From: Eledone cirrhosa
Lineage: Eukaryota
Assembly: GCA_964016885.1 (NCBI GenBank)
Contig: OZ024743.1
Span: 211,296,001-211,360,000, forward strand
Length of the DNA: 64,000 nt
Direction of reading: 5' to 3'
This document shows, piece by piece, positions 25,901-41,600 of this stretch. Positions within the stretch are counted from its first letter, which is position 1. The number at the start of each line of letters is the position of its first letter. Under the pieces are notes generated by a model that was not told the DNA's origin, made no database searches, and saw nothing but the letters and a program-made list of their open reading frames with translations. The translations under genes and the position numbers were made by a program.

Positions 25901-27819
25901 GAATCACTAGAGAGCTGTTCCAGGTAGAGCCGCTAATTCACTGAATTGAGAGATCATAGCTCTGATACTACAGACATGCGGTTAGAATGTCTGAGGAAAG
26001 AATCACTAGAGAGCTGTTCCAGGTAGAGCCACTAATTCACTGAATTGAGAGATCATAGCTCTGATATTACAGACATGGGGTTAGAATGTCTCAGGAAAGA
26101 ATCACTAGAGAGCTGTTCCAGGTAGAGCCACTAATTCACTGAATTGAGAGATCACAGCTCTGATATTACAGACATGGGGTTAGAATGTCTCAGGAAAGAA
26201 TCACTAGAGAGCTGTTCCAGGTAGAGCCGCTAATTCACTGAATTGAGAGATCACAGCTCTGATATTACAGACATGGGGTTAGAATGTCTGAGGAAAGCAT
26301 CACTAGAGAGCTGTTCCAGGTAGAGCCACTAATTCACTGAATTGAGACATCACAGCTCTGATATTACAGACATGTGGTTAGAATGTCTGAGGAAAGAATC
26401 ACTAGAGAGCTGTTCCAGGTAGAGCCGCTAATTCACTGAATTGAGAGATCATAGCTCTCATACTACAGACATGTGGTTAGAATGTCTGAGGAAAGAATCA
26501 CTAGAGAGCTGTTCCAGGTAGAGCCACTAATTCACTGAATTGAGAGATCACAGCTCTGATACTACAGACATGTGGTTAGAATGTCTGAGGAAAGAATCAC
26601 TAGAGAGCTGTTCCAGGTAGAGCCACTAATTCCCTGAATTGAGAGATTATAGCTCTGATACTACAGACATGTGGTTAGAATGTCTGAGGAAAGAATCACT
26701 AGCGTGCTGTTCCAGGTAGAGCCACTAATTCACTGAATTGAGAGATCACAGCTCTGATACTACAGACATGTGGTTAGAATGTCTGAGGAAAGAATCGCTG
26801 GGGAGCTGTTCCAGGTAGAGCCACTAATTCACTGAATTGAGAGATCACAGCTCTGATATTACAGACATGTGGTTAGAATGTCTGAGGAAAGAATCACTGG
26901 AGAGCTGTTCCAGGTAGAGCCACTAATTCACTGAATTGAGAGATCACAGCTCTGATATTACAGACATGTGGTTAGAATGTCTGATGAAAGAATCACTAGA
27001 GAGCTGTTCCAGGTAGAGCCACTAATTCACTGAATTGAGAGATAATAGCTCTGATATTACAGACATGTGGTTAGAATGTCTGAGGAAAGAATCACTACAG
27101 AGCTGTTCCAGGTAGACCCACTAATTCACTGAATTGAGAGATCACAGCTCTGATATTACAGACCTGTTGTTAGAATGTCTGAGGAAAGAATCACTAGAGA
27201 GCTGTTCCAGGTAGAGCCACTAATTCACTGAATTGAGAGATCACAGCTCTGATATTACAGACATGTGGTTAGAATGTCTGAGGTAAGAATCACTGGAGAG
27301 CTGTTCCAGGTAGAGCCACTAATTCACTGAATTGAGAGATCACAGCTCTGATATTACAGACATGTGGTTAGAATGTCTCAGGAAAGAATCACTAGAGAGC
27401 TGTTCAAGGTAGAGCCACTAATTCACTGAATTGAGAGATCACAGCTCTGATATTACAGACATGTGGTTAGAATGTCTGAGGTAAGAATCACTGGAGAGCT
27501 GTTCCAGGTAGAGCCACTAATTCACTGAATTGAGAGATCACAGCTCTGATATTACAGACATGTGGTTAGAATGTCTCAGGAAAGAATCACTAGAGAGCTG
27601 TTCAAGGTAGAGCCACTAATTCACTGAATTGAGAGATCACAGCTTTGATATTACAGACATGTGGTTAGAATGTCTGAGGAAAGAATCACTGGAAAGCTGT
27701 TCCAGGTAGAGCCACTAATTCACTGAATTGAGAGATCACAGCTCTGATATTACAGACATGGGGTTAGAATGTCTGAGGAAAGAATCACTAGAGAGCTGTT
27801 CCAGGTAGAGCCGCTAATT

Positions 27820-30800
27820 CACTGAATTGAGAGATCATAGCTCTGATACTACAGACATGCGGTTAGAATGTCTGAGGAAAGAATCACTAGAGAGCTGTTC
27901 CAAGTAGAGCCGCTAATTCACTGAATTGAGAGATCATAGCTCTGATATTACAGACATGTGGTTAGAAAGTCTCAGGAAAGAATCACTGGAGAGCTGTTCC
28001 AGGTAGAGCCACTAATTCACCGAATTGAGAGATCACAGCTCTGATATTACAGACATGTGGTTAGAATGTCTGAGGAAAGAATCACTAGAGAGCTGTTCCA
28101 GGTAGAGCCGCTAATTCACTGAATTGAGAGATCACAGCTCTGATATTACAGACATGTGGTTAGAATGTCTGAGGAAAGAATCACTAGAGAGCTGTTCCAG
28201 GTAGAGCCACTAATTCACTGAATTGAGAGATCATCGCTCTGATACTACAGACATGTGGTTAGAATGTCTCAGGAAAGAATCACTAGAGAGCTGTTCCAGG
28301 TAGAGCCACTAATTCACCGAATTGAGAGATCATGGCTCTGATACTACAGACGTATGGTTAGAATGTCTGAGGAAAGAATCACTAGAGAGCTGTTCCAAGT
28401 AGAGCCACTAATTTACTGAATTGAGAGATCACAGCTCTGATATTACAGACATGGGGTTAGAATGCCTGAGGAAAGAATTACTAGAGAGCTGTTCCAGGTG
28501 GAGCCACTAATTCACTGAATTGAGAGATCATAGCTCTGATACTACAGACATGTGGTTAGAATGTCTGAGGAAAGAATCACTAGAGAGCTGTTCCAAGTAG
28601 AGCCACTAATTCACTGAATTGAGAGAGCACAGCTCTGATAATACAGACATGTGGTTAGAATGTCTGAGGAAAGAGTCACTAGAGAGCTGTTCCAGGCAGA
28701 GCCACTAATTTACCGAATTGAGAGATCATAGCTCTGATACTACAGACATGTGGTTAGAATGTCTGAGGAAAGAATCACTTAAGAGCTGTTCCAGGTAGAG
28801 CCACTAATTCACTGAATTGAGAGATCACAGCTCTGATACTATAGACATGGGGTTAGAATGTCTGAGGAAAGAATCACTAGAGAGCTGTTCCAGGTAGAGC
28901 CACTAATTCACTGAATTGAGAGATCACAATTCTGATATTACAGACATGTGGTTAGAATGTCTGAGGAAAGAATCACTAGAGAGCTGTTCCAGGTAGAGCC
29001 ACTAATTCACTGAATTGAGAGATCACAATTCTGATATTACAGACATGTGGTTAGAATGTCTGAGGAAAGAATCACTGGAGAGCTGTTCCAGGTAGAGCCA
29101 CTAATTCACTGAATTGAGAGAAAACAGCTCTGATATTACAGACATGGGGTTAGAATGTCTGAGGAAAGAATCACTAAAGAGCTGTTCCAGGTAGAGCCAC
29201 TAATTCACTGAATTGAGAGATCATAGCTCTGATATTACAGACCTGGCGTTAGAATGTCTGAGGAAAGAATCACTAGAGAGCTGTTCCAGGTAGAGCCACT
29301 AATTTACTGAATTGAGAGATCACAGCTCTGATACTATATACATGGGGTTAGAAGGTCTGAGGAAAGAATCACTAGAGAGCTGTTCCAGGTAGAGCCACTA
29401 ATTCACTGAATTGAGAGATCACAATTCTGATATTACAGACATGTGGTTAGAATGTCTGAGGAAAGAATCACTGGAGAGCTGTTCCAGGTAGAGCCACTAA
29501 TTCACTGAATTGAGAGATCACAGCTCTGATATTACAGACATGGGGTTAGAATGTCTGAGGAAAGAATCACTGGAGAGCTGTTGCAGGTAGAGCCACTAAT
29601 TCACTAAATTGAGAGATCATAGCTCTGATATTACAGACATGGGGTTAGAATGTCTCAGGAAAGAATCACTAGAGAGCTGTTCCAGGTAGAGCCACTAATT
29701 CACTGAATTGAGAGATCTCAGCTCTGATATTACAGACATGTGGTTAGAATGTCTGAGGAAAGAATAACTAGAGAGCTGTTCCAGGTAGAGCCACTAATTC
29801 ACTGAATTGAGAGATCACAGCCCTGATATTACAGACATGGGGTTAGAATGTCTGAGGAAAGAATCACTGGAGAGCTGTTCCAGGTAGAGCCACCAATTCA
29901 CTGAATTGAGAGATTACAGCTCTGATATTACAGACAGGGGGTTAGAATGTCTGAGGAAAGAATCACTAGAGAGCTGTTCCAGGTAGAGCCGCTAATTCAC
30001 TGAATTGAGAGATCATAGCTCTGATACTACAGACATGCGGTTAGAATGTCTGAGGAAAGAATCACTAGAGAGCTGTTCCAGGTAGAGCCGCTAATTCACT
30101 GAATTGAGAGATCATAGCTCTGATATTACAGACATGTGGTTAGAAAGTCTCAGGAAAGAATCACTGGAGAGCTGTTCCAGGTAGAGCCACTAATTCACCG
30201 AATTGAGAGATCACAGCTCTGATATTACAGACATGTGGTTAGAATGTCTGAGGAAAGAATCACTAGAGAGCTGTTCCAGGTAGAGCCACTAATTCACTGA
30301 ATTGAGAGATCATCGCTCTGATACTACAGACATGTGGTTAGAATGTCTCAGGAAAGAATCACTAGAGAGCTGTTCCAGGTAGAGCCACTAATTCACCGAA
30401 TTGAGAGATCATGGCTCTGATACTACAGACGTATGGTTAGAATGTCTGAGGAAAGAATCACTAGAGAGCTGTTCCAAGTAGAGCCACTAATTTACTGAAT
30501 TGAGAGATCACAGCTCTGATATTACAGACATGGGGTTAGAATGCCTGAGGAAAGAATTACTAGAGAGCTGTTCCAGGTGGAGCCACTAATTCACTGAATT
30601 GAGAGATCATAGCTCTGATACTACAGACATGTGGTTAGAATGTCTGAGGAAAGAATCACTAGAGAGCTGTTCCAAGTAGAGCCACTAATTCACTGAATTG
30701 AGAGAGCACAGCTCTGATAATACAGACATGTGGTTAGAATGTCTGAGGAAAGAGTCACTAGAGAGCTGTTCCAGGCAGAGCCACTAATTTACCGAATTGA

Positions 30801-32190
30801 GAGATCATAGCTCTGATACTACAGACATGTGGTTAGAATGTCTGAGGAAAGAATCACTTAAGAGCTGTTCCAGGTAGAGCCACTAATTCACTGAATTGAG
30901 AGATCACAGCTCTGATACTATAGACATGGGGTTAGAATGTCTGAGGAAAGAATCACTAGAGAGCTGTTCCAGGTAGAGCCACTAATTCACTGAATTGAGA
31001 GATCACAATTCTGATATTACAGACATGTGGTTAGAATGTCTGAGGAAAGAATCACTAGAGAGCTGTTCCAGGTAGAGCCACTAATTCACTGAATTGAGAG
31101 ATCACAATTCTGATATTACAGACATGTGGTTAGAATGTCTGAGGAAAGAATCACTGGAGAGCTGTTCCAGGTAGAGCCACTAATTCACTGAATTGAGAGA
31201 TCACAGCTCTGATATTACAGACATGGGGTTAGAATGTCTGAGGAAAGAATCACTAAAGAGCTGTTCCAGGTAGAGCCACTAATTCACTGAATTGAGAGAT
31301 CATAGCTCTGATATTACAGACCTGGGGTTAGAATGTCTGAGGAAAGAATCACTAGAGAGCTGTTCCAGGTAGAGCCACTAATTTACTGAATTGAGAGATC
31401 ACAGCTCTGATACTATATACATGGGGTTAGAAGGTCTGAGGAAAGAATCACTAGAGAGCTGTTCCAGGTAGAGCCACTAATTCACTGAATTGAGAGATCA
31501 CAATTCTGATATTACAGACATGTGGTTAGAATGTCTGAGGAAAGAATCACTGGAGAGCTGTTCCAGGTAGAGCCACTAATTCACTGAATTGAGAGATCAC
31601 AGCTCTGATATTACAGACATGGGGTTAGAATGTCTGAGGAAAGAATCACTGGAGAGCTGTTGCAGGTAGAGCCACTAATTCACTAAATTGAGAGATCATA
31701 GCTCTGATATTACAGACATGGGGTTAGAATGTCTCAGGAAAGAATCACTAGAGAGCTGTTCCAGGTAGAGCCACTAATTCACTGAATTGAGAGATCTCAG
31801 CTCTGATATTACAGACATGTGGTTAGAATGTCTGAGGAAAGAATAACTAGAGAGCTGTTCCAGGTAGAGCCACTAATTCACTGAATTGAGAGATCACAGC
31901 CCTGATATTACAGACATGGGGTTAGAATGTCTGAGGAAAGAATCACTGGAGAGCTGTTCCAGGTAGAGCCACCAATTCACTGAATTGAGAGATTACAGCT
32001 CTGATATTACAGACAGGGGGTTAGAATGTCTGAGGAAAGAATCACTAGAGAGCTGTTCCAGGTAGAGCCGCTAATTCACTGAATTGAGAGATCATAGCTC
32101 TGATACTACAGACATGCGGTTAGAATGTCTGAGGAAAGAATCACTAGAGAGCTGTTCCAGGTAGAGCCGCTAATTCACTGAATTGAGAGA
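27820..32190 (+). repeat. Tandem 21/22-monomer duplication
   Basis: agaaAgtc 27968/30146 (2178 bp = 22 monomers). Then gagaGcac 28627/30706, ggCagag 28697/30776, gacCtgg 29243/31322 and cactAaatt 29606/31685 (all 2079 bp = 21 monomers). Confidence 0.88.
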
Positions 32191-35100
32191 TCATAGCTCT
32201 GATACTACAGACATGTGGTTAGAATGTCTGAGGAAAGAATCACTAGAGAGCTGTTCCAGGTAGAGCCACTAATTCACTGAATTGAGAGATCACAGCTCTG
32301 ATATTACAGACATGGGGTTAGAATGTCTCAGGAAAGAATCACTAGAGAGCTGTTCAAGGTAGAGCCACTAATTCACTGAATTGAGAGATCACAGCTCTGT
32401 TATTACAGACATGTGGTTAGAATGTCTGAGTAAAGAATCACTGGAGAGCTGTTCCAGGTAGAGCCACTAATTCACTGAATTGAGAGATCACAGCTCTGAT
32501 ATTACAGACATGGGGTTAGAATGTCTGAGGAAAGAATCACTAGAGAGCTGTTCCAGGTAGAGCCGCTAATTCACTGAATTGAGAGATCATAGCTCTGATA
32601 CTACAGACATGCGGTTAGAATGTCTGAGGAAAGAATCACTAGAGAGCTGTTCCAGGTAGAGCCGCTAATTCACTGAATTGAGAGATCATAGCTCTGATAT
32701 TACAGACATGTGGTTAGAATGTCTCAGGAAAGAATCACTGGAGAGCTGTTCCAGGTAGAGCCACTAATTCATTGAATTGAGAGATCACAGCTCTGATATT
32801 ACAGACATGTGGTTAGAATGTCTGAGGAAAGAATCACTACAGAGCTGTTCCAGGTAGAGCCGCTAATTCACTGAATTGAGAGATCACAGCTCTGATATTA
32901 CAGACATGTGGTTAGAATGTCTGAGGAAAGAATCACTAGAGAGCTGTTCCAGGTAGAGCCACTAATTCACTGAATTGAGAGATCATCGCTCTGATACTAC
33001 AGACATGTGGTTAGAACGTCTCAGGAAATAATCACTAGAGAGCTGTTCCAGGTAGAGCCACTAATTCACCGAATTGAGAGATCATGGCTCTGATACTACA
33101 GACGTGTGGTTAGAATGTCTGAGGAAAGAATCACTAGAGAGCTGTTCCAGGTAGAGCCACTAATTCACTGAATTGAGAGATCATAGCTCTGATATTACAG
33201 ACATGTGGTTAGAATGTCTGAGGAAAGAATCACTAGAGAGCTGTTCCAGGTAGAGCCACTAATTTACTGAATTGAGAGATCACAGTTCTGATATTACAGA
33301 CATGGGGTTAGAATGTCTGAGGAAAGAATTACTAGAGAGCTGTTCCAGGTGGAGCCACTAATTCACTGAATTGAGAGATCATAGCTCTGATACTACAGAC
33401 ATGTGGTTAGAATGTCTGAGGAAAGAATCACTAGAGAGCTGTTCCAGGTAGAGCCACTAATTCACTGAATTGAGAGATCACAGCTCTGAGAATACAGACA
33501 TGTGGTTAGAATGTCTGAGGAAAGAGTCACTAGAGAGCTGTTCCAGGCAGAGCCACTAATTTACCGAATTGAGAGATCATAGCTCTGATACTACAGACAT
33601 GGGGTTAGAATGTCTGAGGAAAGAATCACTAGAGAGCTGTTCCAGGTAGAGCCACTAATTCACTGAATTGAGAGATCACAGCTCTGATACTATAGACATG
33701 GGGTTAGAATGTCTGAGGAAAGAATCACTAGAGAGCTGTTCCAGGTAGAGCCACTAATTCACTGAATTGAGAGATCACAATTCTGATATTACAGACATGT
33801 GATTAGAATGTCTGAGGAAAGAATCACTGGAGAGCTGTTCCAGGTAGAGCCACTAATTCACTGAATTGAGAGATCACAGCTCTGATATTACAGACATGGG
33901 GTTAGAATGTCTCAGGAAAGAATCACTAGAGTGCTGTTCAAGTTAGAGCCACTAATTCACTGAATTGAGATATCACAGCTCTGATATTACAGACATGTGG
34001 TTAGAATGTCTGAGGAAAGAATCACTGGAGAGCTGTTCCAGGTAGAGCCACTAATTCACTGAATTGAGAGATCACAGCTCTGATATTACAGACATGTGGT
34101 TAGAATGTCTGAGGAAAGAATCACTAGAGAGCTGTTCCAGGTAGAGCCGCTAATTCATTGAATTGAGAGATCACAGCTCTGATATTACAGACATGGGGTT
34201 AGAATGTCTCAGAAAAGAATCACTAGAGAGCTGTTCAAGGTAGAGCCACTAATTCACTGAATTGAGAGATCACAGCTCTGATATTACAGACATGTGTTTA
34301 GAATGTCTGAGGAAAGAATCACTGGAGAGCTGTTCCAGGTAGAGCCACTAATTCACTGAATTGAGAGATCACAGCTCTGATATTACAGACATGTGGTTAG
34401 AATGTCTGAGGAAAGAATCACTAGAGAGCTGTTCCAGGTAGAGCCGCTAATTCACTGAATTGAGAGATCACAGCTCTGATATTACAGACATGTGGTTAGA
34501 ATGTCTGAGGAAAGAATCACTAGAGAGCTGTTCCAGGTAGAGCCACTAATTCACTGAATTGAGAGATCATAGCTCTGATACTACAGACATGTGGTTAGAA
34601 TGTCTCAGGAAAGAATCACTAGAGAGCTGTTCCAGGTAGAGCCACTAATTCACCGAATTGAGAGATCATAGCTCTGATAATATAGACATGTGGTTAGAAT
34701 GTCTGAGGAAAGAATCACTGGAGAGCTGTTCCAGGTAGAGCCACTAATTCACTGAATTGAGAGATCATAGCTCTGATACTACAGACATGTGGTTAGAATG
34801 TCTGAGTAAAGAATCACTAGAGAGCTGTTCCAGGTAGAGCCACTAATTCACTGAATTGAGAGATCATAGCTCTGATACTACAGACATGTGGTTAGAATGT
34901 CTCAGGAAAGAATCACTAGAGAGCTGTTCCAGGTAGAGCCACTAATTCACCGAATTGAGAGATCATAGCTCTGATACTACAGACATGTGGTTAGAATGTC
35001 TGAGGAAAGAATCACTAGAGAGCTGTTCCAGGTAGAGCCACTAATTCACTGAATTGAGAGATCATAGCTCTGATACGACAGACATGTGGTTAGAATGTCT

Positions 35101-38100
35101 CAGGAAAGAATCACTAGAGAGCTGTTCCAGGTAGAGCCACTAATTCACCGAATTGAGAGATCATAGCTCTGATACTATAGACATGTGGTTAGAATGTCTC
35201 AGGAAAGAATCACTGGAGAGCTGTTCCAGGTAGAGCCACTAATTCACTGAATTGAGAGATCATAGCTCTGATACTACAGACATGTGGTTAGAATGTCTGA
35301 GGAAAGAATCACTAGAGAGCTGTTCCAGGTAGAGCCACTAATTCACTGAATTGAGAGATCATAGCTCTGATATTACAGACATGTGGTTAGAATGTCTCAG
35401 GAAAGAATCACTAGAGAGCTGTTCCAGGTAGAGCCACTAATTCACTGAATTGAGAGATCACAGCTCTGATATTACAGACATGTGGTTAGAATGTCTGAGG
35501 AAAGAATCACTAGAGAGCTGTTCCAGGTAGAGCCACTAATTCACTGAATTGAGAGATCACAGCTCTGATATTACAGACATGTGGTTAGAATGTCTGAGGA
35601 AAGAATCACTAGAGAGCTGTTCCAGGTAGAGCCGCTAATTCACTGAATTGAGAGATCACAGCTCTGATATTACAGACATGTGGTTAGAATGTCTCAGAAA
35701 AGAATCACTAGAGAGCTGTTCAAGGTAGAGCCACTAATTCACTGAATTGAGAGATCACAGCTCTGATATTACAGACATGTGGTTAGAATGTCTGAGGAAA
35801 GAATCACTGGAGAGCTGTTCCAGGTAGAGCCACTAATTCACTGAATTGAGAGATCACAGCTCTGATATTACAGACATGTGGTTAGAATGTCTGAGGAAAG
35901 AGTCACTGGAGAGCTGTTCCAGGTAGAGCCGCTAATTCACTGAATTGAGAGATCATAGCTCTGATACTACAGACATGCGGTTAGAATGTCTGAGGAAAGA
36001 ATCACTAGAGAGCTGTTCCAGGTAGAGCCGCCAATTCACTGAATTGAGAGATCACAGCTCTGATATTACAGACATGTGGTTAGAATGTCTGAGGAAAGAA
36101 TCACTAGAGAGCTGTTCCAGGTAGCGCCGCTAATTCATTGAATTGAGAGATCACAGCTCTGATATTACAGACATGGGGTTAGAATGTCTGAGGAAAGCAT
36201 CACTAGAGAGCTGTTCCAGGTAGAGCCACTAATTCACTGAATTGAGACATCACAGCTCTGATATTACAGACATGTGGTTAGAATGTCTGAGGAAAGAATC
36301 ACTAGAGAGCTGTTCCAGGTAGAGCCGCTAATTCACTGAATTGAGAGATCATAGCTCTCATACTACAGACATGTGGTTAGAATGTCTGAGGAAAGAATCA
36401 CTAGAGAGCTGTTCCAGGTAGAGCCACTAATTCACTGAATTGAGAGATCACAGCTCTGATACTACAGACATGTGGTTAGAATGTCTGAGGAAAGAATCAC
36501 TAGAGAGCTGTTCCAGGTAGAGCCACTAATTCCCTGAATTGAGAGATTATAGCTCTGATACTACAGACATGTGGTTAGAATGTCTGAGGAAAGAATCACT
36601 AGCGTGCTGTTCCAGGTAGAGCCACTAATTCACTGAATTGAGAGATCACAGCTCTGATACTACAGACATGTGGTTAGAATGTCTGAGGAAAGAATCGCTG
36701 GGGAGCTGTTCCAGGTAGAGCCACTAATTCACTGAATTGAGAGATCACAACTCTGATATTACAGACATGTGGTTAGAATGTCTGAGGAAAGAATCACTGG
36801 AGAGCTGTTCCAGGTAGAGTCACTAATTCACTGAATTGAGAGATCACAGCTCTGATATTACAGACATGTGGTTAGAATGTCTGATGAAAGAATCACTAGA
36901 GAGCTGTTCCAGGTAGAGCCACTAATTCACTGAATTGAGAGATAATAGCTCTGATATTACAGACATGTGGTTAGAATGTCTGAGGAAAGAATCACTACAG
37001 AGCTGTTTCAGGTAGACCCACTAATTCACTGAATTGAGAGATCACAGCTCTGATATTACAGACCTGTTGTTAGAATGTCTGAGGAAAGAATCACTACAGA
37101 GCTGTTCCAGGTAGAGACACTAATTCACTGAATTGAGAGATCACAGCTCTGATATTACAGACATGTGGTTAGAATGTCTGAGTAAAGAATCACTGGAGCG
37201 CTGTTCCAGGTAGAGCCACTAATTCACTGAATTGAGAGATAATAGCTCTGATATTACAGACATGTGGTTAGAATGTCTGAGGAAAGAATCTCTAGAGAGC
37301 TGTTCCAGGTAGAGCCACTAATTCACTGAATTTAGAGATCACAATTCTGATATTACAGACATGTGGTTAGAATGTCTGAGTAAAGAATCACTGGAGAGCT
37401 GTTCCATGTAGAGCCACTAATTCACTGAATTGAGAGATCATAGCTCTGATATTACAGACATGTGGTTACAATGTCTCAGGAAATAATCACTAGGGAGCTG
37501 TTCCAGGTAGAGCCACTAATTAACTGAATTGAGAGATCACAGCTCTGATATTACAGACATGTGGTTAGAATGTCTGAGGAAAGAATCACTGGAGAGCTGT
37601 TCCAGGTAGAGCCACTAATTCACTGAATAGAGAGATCACAGCTCTGATATTACAGACATGTGGTTAGAATGTCTGAGGAAAGAATCACTGGAGAGCTGTT
37701 CCAGGTAGAGCCACTAATTCACTGAATTGAGAGATCATATCTCTGATATTACAGACATGGGGTTAGAATGTCTGAGGAAAGAATCACTAGAGAGCTGTTC
37801 CAGGTAGAGCCACTAATTCACTGAATTGAGAGATCACAGCTCTGATAATACAGACATGTGGTTAGAATGTCTGAGGAAAGAGTCACTAGAGAGCTGTTCC
37901 AGGCAGAGCCACTAATTTACCGAATTGAGAGATCATAGCTCTGATACTACAGACATGTGGTTAGAATGTCTGAGGAAAGAATCACTTAAGAGCTGTTCCA
38001 GGTAGAGCCACTAATTCACTGAATTGAGAGATCACAGCTCTGATACTATAGACATGGGGTTAGAATGTCTGAGGAAAGAATCACTAGAGAGCTGTTCCAG

Positions 38101-38610
38101 GTAGAGCCACTAATTCACTGAATTGAGAGATCACAATTCTGATATTACAGACATGTGGTTAGAATGTCTGAGGAAAGAATCACTGGAGAGCTGTTCCAGG
38201 TAGAGCCACTAATTCACTGAATTGAGAGATCACAATTCTGATATTACAGACATGTGGTTAGAATGTCTGAGGAAAGAATCACTGGAGAGCTGTTCCAGGT
38301 AGAGCCACTAATTCACTGAATTGAGAGATCACAGCTCTGATATTACAGACATGGGGTTAGAATGTCTCAGGAAAGAATCACTGGAGAGCTGTTCCAGGTG
38401 GAGCCACTTATTCACTGAATTGAGAGATCACAGCTCTGATATTACAGACATGGGGTTAGAATGTCTGAGGAAAGAATCACTAAAGAGCTGTTCCAGGTAG
38501 AGCCACTAATTCACTGAATTGAGAGATCATAGCTCTGATATTACAGACATGGGGTTAGAATGTCTCAGGAAAGAATCACTAGAGAGCTGTTCCAGGTAGA
38601 GCCACTAATT

Positions 38611-41600
38611 CACTGAATTGAGAGATCACAGCTCTGATACTATATACATGGGGTTAGAAGGTCTGAGGAAAGAATCACTAGAGAGCTGTTCCAGGTAGAG
38701 CCACTAATTCACTGAATTGAGAGATCACAATTCTGATATTACAGACATGTGGTTAGAATGTCTGAGGAAAGAATCACTGGAGAGCTGTTCCAGGTAGAGC
38801 CACTAATTCACTGAATTGAGAGATCACAGCTCTGATATTACAGACATGGGGTTAGAATGTCTGAGGAAAGAATCACTGGAGAGCTGTTGCAGGTAGAGCC
38901 ACTAATTCACTGAATTGAGAGATCATAGCTCTGATATTACAGACATGGGGTTAGAATGTCTCAGGAAAGAATCACTAGAGAGCTGTTCCAGGTAGAGCCA
39001 CTAATTCACTGAATTGAGAGATCTCAGCTCTGATATTACAGACATGTGGTTAGAATGTCTGAGGAAAGAATAACTAGAGAGCTGTTCCAGGTAGAGCCAC
39101 TAATTCACTGAATTGAGAGATCACAGCCCTGATATTACAGACATGGGGTTAGAATGTCTGAGGAAAAAATCACTGGAGAGCTGTTCCAGGTAGAGCCACC
39201 AATTCACTGAATTGAGAGATTACAGCTCTGATATTACAGACAGGGGGTTAGAATGTCTGAGGAAAGAATCACTAGAGAGCTGTTCCAGGTAGAGCCGCTA
39301 ATTCACTGAATTGAGAGATCATAGCTCTGATACTACAGACATGCGGTTAGAATGTCTGAGGAAAGAATCACTAGAGAGCTGTTCCAGGTAGAGCCGCTAA
39401 TTCACTGAATTGAGAGATCATAGCTCTGATACTACAGACATGTGGTTAGAATGTCTGAGGAAAGAATCACTAGAGAGCTGTTCCAGGTAGAGCCACTAAT
39501 TCACTGAATTGAGAGATCACAGCTCTGATATTACAGACATGGGGTTAGAATGTCTCAGGAAAGAATCACTAGAGAGCTGTTCAAGGTAGAGCCACTAATT
39601 CACTGAATTGAGAGATCACAGCTCTGTTATTACAGATATGTGTTTAGAATGTCTGAGGAAAGAATCACTGGAGAGCTGTTCCAGGTAGAGCCTCTAATTC
39701 ACTGAATTGAGAGATCACAGCTCTGATATTACAGACATGTGGTTAGAATGTCTCAGGAAAGAATCACTAGAGAGCTGTTCAAGGTAGAGCCACTAATTCA
39801 CTGAATTGAGAGATCACAGCTCTGATATTACAGACATGTGGTTAGAATGTCTGAGGAAAGAATCACTGGAGAGCTGTTCCAGGTAGAGCCACTAATTCAC
39901 TGAATTGAGAGATCACAGCTCTGATATTACAGACATGGGGTTAGAATGTCTGAGGAAAGAATCACTAGAGAGCTGTTCCAGGTAGAGCCGCTAATTCACT
40001 GAATTGAGAGATCATAGCTCTGATACTACAGACATGCGGTTGGAATGTCTGAGGAAAGAATCACTAGAGAGCTGTTCCAGGTAGAGCCGCTAATTCACTG
40101 AATTGAGAGATCATAGCTCTGATATTACAGACATGTGGTTAGAATGTCTCAGGAAAGAATCACTGGAGAGCTGTTCCAGGTAGAGCCACTAATTCACTGA
40201 ATTGAGAGATCACAGCTCTGATATTACAGACATGTGGTTAGAATGTCTGAGGAAAGAATCACTACAGAGCTGTTCCAGGTAGAGCCGCTAATTCACTGAA
40301 TTGAGAGATCACAGCTCTGATATTACAGACATGTGGTTAGAATGTCTGAGGAAAGAATCACTAGAGAGCTGTTCCAGGTAGAGCCACTAATTCACTGAAT
40401 TGAGAGATCATCGCTCTGATACTACAGACATGTGGTTAGAATGTCTCAGGAAAGAATCACTAGAGAGCTGTTCCAGGTAGAGCCACTAATTCACCGAATT
40501 GAGAGATCATGGCTCTGATACTACAGACGTGTGGTTAGAATGTCTGAGGAAAGAATCACTAGAGAGCTGTTCCAGGTAGAGCCACTAATTCACTGAATTG
40601 AGAGATCATAGCTCTGATATTACAGACATGTGGTTAGAATGTCTGAGGAAAGAATCACTAGAGAGCTGTTCCAGGTAGAGCCACTAATTTACTGAATTGA
40701 GAGATCACAGCTCTGATATTACAGACATGGGGTTAGAATGTCTGAGGAAAGAATTACTAGAGAGCTGTTCCAGGTGGAGCCACTAATTCACTGAATTGAG
40801 AGATCATAGCTCTGATACTACAGACCTGTGGTTAGAATGTCTGAGGAAAGAATCACTAGAGAGCTGTTCCAGGTAGAGCCACTAATTCACTGAATTGAGA
40901 GATCACAGCTCTGAGAATACAGACATGTGGTTAGAATGTCTGAGGAAAGAGTCACTAGAGAGCTGTTCCAGGCAGAGCCACTAATTTACCGAATTGAGAG
41001 ATCATAGCTCTGATACTACAGACATGGGGTTAGAATGTCTGAGGAAAGAATCACTAGAGAGCTGTTCCAGGTAGAGCCACTAATTCACTGAATTGAGAGA
41101 TCACAGTTCTGATACTATAGACATGGGGTTAGAATGTCTGAGGAAAGAATCACTAGAGAGCTGTTCCAGGTAGAGCCACTAATTCACATAATTGAGAGAT
41201 CACAATTCTGATATTACAGACATGTGATTAGAATGTCTGAGGAAAGAATCACTGGAGAGCTGTTCCAGGTAGAGCCACTAATTCACTGAATTGAGAGATC
41301 ACAGCTCTGATATTACAGACATGGGGTTAGAATGTCTCAGGAAAGAATCACTAGAGTGCTGTTCAAGTTAGAGCCACTAATTCACTGAATTGAGAGATCA
41401 CAGCTCTGATATTACAGACATGTGGTTAGAATGTCTGAGGAAAGAATCACTGGAGAGCTGTTCCAGGTAGAGCCACTAATTCACTGAATTGAGAGATCAC
41501 AGCTCTGATATTACAGACATGTGGTTAGAATGTCTGAGGAAAGAATCACTAGAGAGCTGTTCCAGGTAGAGCCGCTAATTCATTGAATTGAGAGATCACA

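Noticed and set aside
41185-41193. Possible indel at cacATaatt
   Set aside because: Length is unchanged. It is a singleton two-base substitution (TG to AT) or a consensus error.
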